35,497 nucleotides of DNA from a virus. Its lineage: Duplodnaviria; Caudoviricetes. Below the pieces are notes generated by a model that ran no database searches, had not been told where the DNA came from, and saw nothing but the letters and a program-made list of their open reading frames with translations. Where the stretch lies: positions 1 through 35,497 of the IMG/VR virus record IMGVR_UViG_3300037706_000119; one strand, 5' to 3'. This document shows positions 34,695 to 35,497 of this stretch, one piece after another; positions within the stretch are counted from its first letter, which is position 1, and each line of letters starts with the position of its first letter. Made by a program: the position numbers and the translations under genes.

Positions 34695-35191
34695 CGACTC
34701 TGCTCCTTCCACTCGGCGAGCTTCCGCTGGCGGTAGGAGTCCCACGGCTCATCGCTGCCGCGGTGCTCTACCGCGCCGCCCATCACGATGCAGTCGGCGG
34801 CCTCGAAGTAGTGCGTAGACAGGTACGAATTGCGGTTCGAGACGACGAGCGGTTGGTCGTTCCAGCGCATGTTGCTGAGCAGGATGCTCTCCCTGTTGTT
34901 GTTGCGACGCTCTATGTCGTCGTACGTCTCGACGAAGCCACCCAGGAAGTGCACACCGGATCGCGCGACCTCGCGGCCCTCCACGTGCAGCATTCCGCCC
35001 TCGTCGTCGGCGACGGGCGCGTGCTCGACGCGGGTCGAGAACATGAACCCGTACGGCTTTGCGCCGTGGCGCTCGACGATGTCGGCTGCCATCTTGGCGG
35101 CGACGGCGACGTCCCACGACTCGATGGCCTTGGTCGTCGTCTCGGAGACCAGAGTCCCCGGCGACATGAACGTGACGTAGTGCTTCCTCAT
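34691..35191 (-). CDS. Phage hypothetical protein
   Basis: Start at ATG 35191 (MRKHYVTFMSPGTLVSE...); overlaps at both ends. Confidence 0.8.
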   Translation of the reverse strand: MRKHYVTFMSPGTLVSETTTKAIESWDVAVAAKMAADIVERHGAKPYGFMFSTRVEHAPVADDEGGMLHVEGREVARSGVHFLGGFVETYDDIERRNNNRESILLSNMRWNDQPLVVSNRNSYLSTHYFEAADCIVMGGAVEHRGSDEPWDSYRQRKLAEWKEQSR

Positions 35192-35358
35192 GCCGCACCC
35201 CCATTCGTCTTCACGCCGGCCAGCCGGTTCTGTGCCTCGCGCCAGGCCGCGCGCAGCTCGTCCACGTCCTCGGGTGCTGCCTTCTTGAGCTGAGGCGGGA
35301 GGCAACAAGAAGCCGGACAGTGCTGGATGCGTTCTCTAGCCGAGGCTGTGTAGGTCAC
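35188..35358 (-). pseudogene. 56-aa chimeric ORF starting with a diverged copy of the nuclease N-terminus
   Basis: MTYTASARERIQHCPASCCLP vs MTYTASARERVQHCPASASLP; GGAGG SD; unrelated helical tail. Confidence 0.65.
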
Positions 35359-35497
35359 GACGCCACCTCCACCGCGATCATTCGCTCGACGAGGCCGACC
35401 GCCGACACCTGCAGGCGGTCAACGACCGGCTGCACGGCGTCCCTGGCGGCGTCCCTGGCGGCGTCCCTGGCGGCGTCCCAGGCGGCGTCCCTGGCGG
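35355..35497 (-). CDS. 3' end of an AARD/AAWD-repeat phage protein (partial)
   Basis: ...ARDAAWDAARDAARDAARDAVQPVVDRLQVSAVGLVERMIAVEVAS*. Confidence 0.75.
   Translation of the reverse strand, partial: ARDAAWDAARDAARDAARDAVQPVVDRLQVSAVGLVERMIAVEVAS
35436..35497. repeat. 12-bp tandem repeat GGCGTCCCWGGC, 5+ copies
   Basis: Read directly; runs off the window end. Confidence 0.95.

Larger units (their letters stand above)
1..35497. mobile_element. Temperate tailed bacteriophage genome fragment (podovirus-like), attP form
   Basis: Terminase-portal-scaffold-capsid-tail-ejection-tailspike-lysis order on +; xis/int/nuclease on -; no tape measure or sheath gene; intact attP. Confidence 0.95.

Noticed and set aside
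34632-35358. DGR template/variable repeat pair
   Set aside because: Differences are not adenine-specific, the copies are at gene starts, and no reverse transcriptase is in the window.
33522-35497. CRISPR-Cas locus (Cas4-like gene plus repeats)
   Set aside because: The repeats are spacerless 12-mers within a CDS, no other cas genes are present, and solo Cas4-like nucleases are common in phages.

Overview
High-GC temperate tailed phage with podovirus-like gene order, present in its non-integrated (attP) form. The likely host is a myxobacterium-like Gram-negative bacterium; this is inferred from GC content, Cys-rich lipoproteins and an attP inside int as in Mx8/Mx9. The + strand (84-27813) is a tightly coupled late region: small accessory genes (zinc ribbon, GNAT), terminase large subunit, portal, scaffold, an antisense HNH endonuclease with its own sigma70-type promoter, major capsid, head-tail and tail proteins, three putative ejection proteins (one with an S74 chaperone, one with a GNAT-ParB-GNAT cassette), an FG-GAP propeller, a beta-helix tailspike, holin/spanin-like genes and a lipoprotein. 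The - strand (27814-35497) is a coupled early region: AARD/AAWD-repeat protein (partial), Cas4-like nuclease, small hypotheticals, excisionase, tyrosine integrase whose 3' end holds attP (3' half of tRNA-Phe), an AN1-type zinc finger, a CHAP endolysin and a Cys-rich lipoprotein. Several ORFs under 60 aa absent from the ORF track were translated by hand, and many starts were moved to stop/start overlap sites. All calls are by eye from motifs and synteny; no searches were run.
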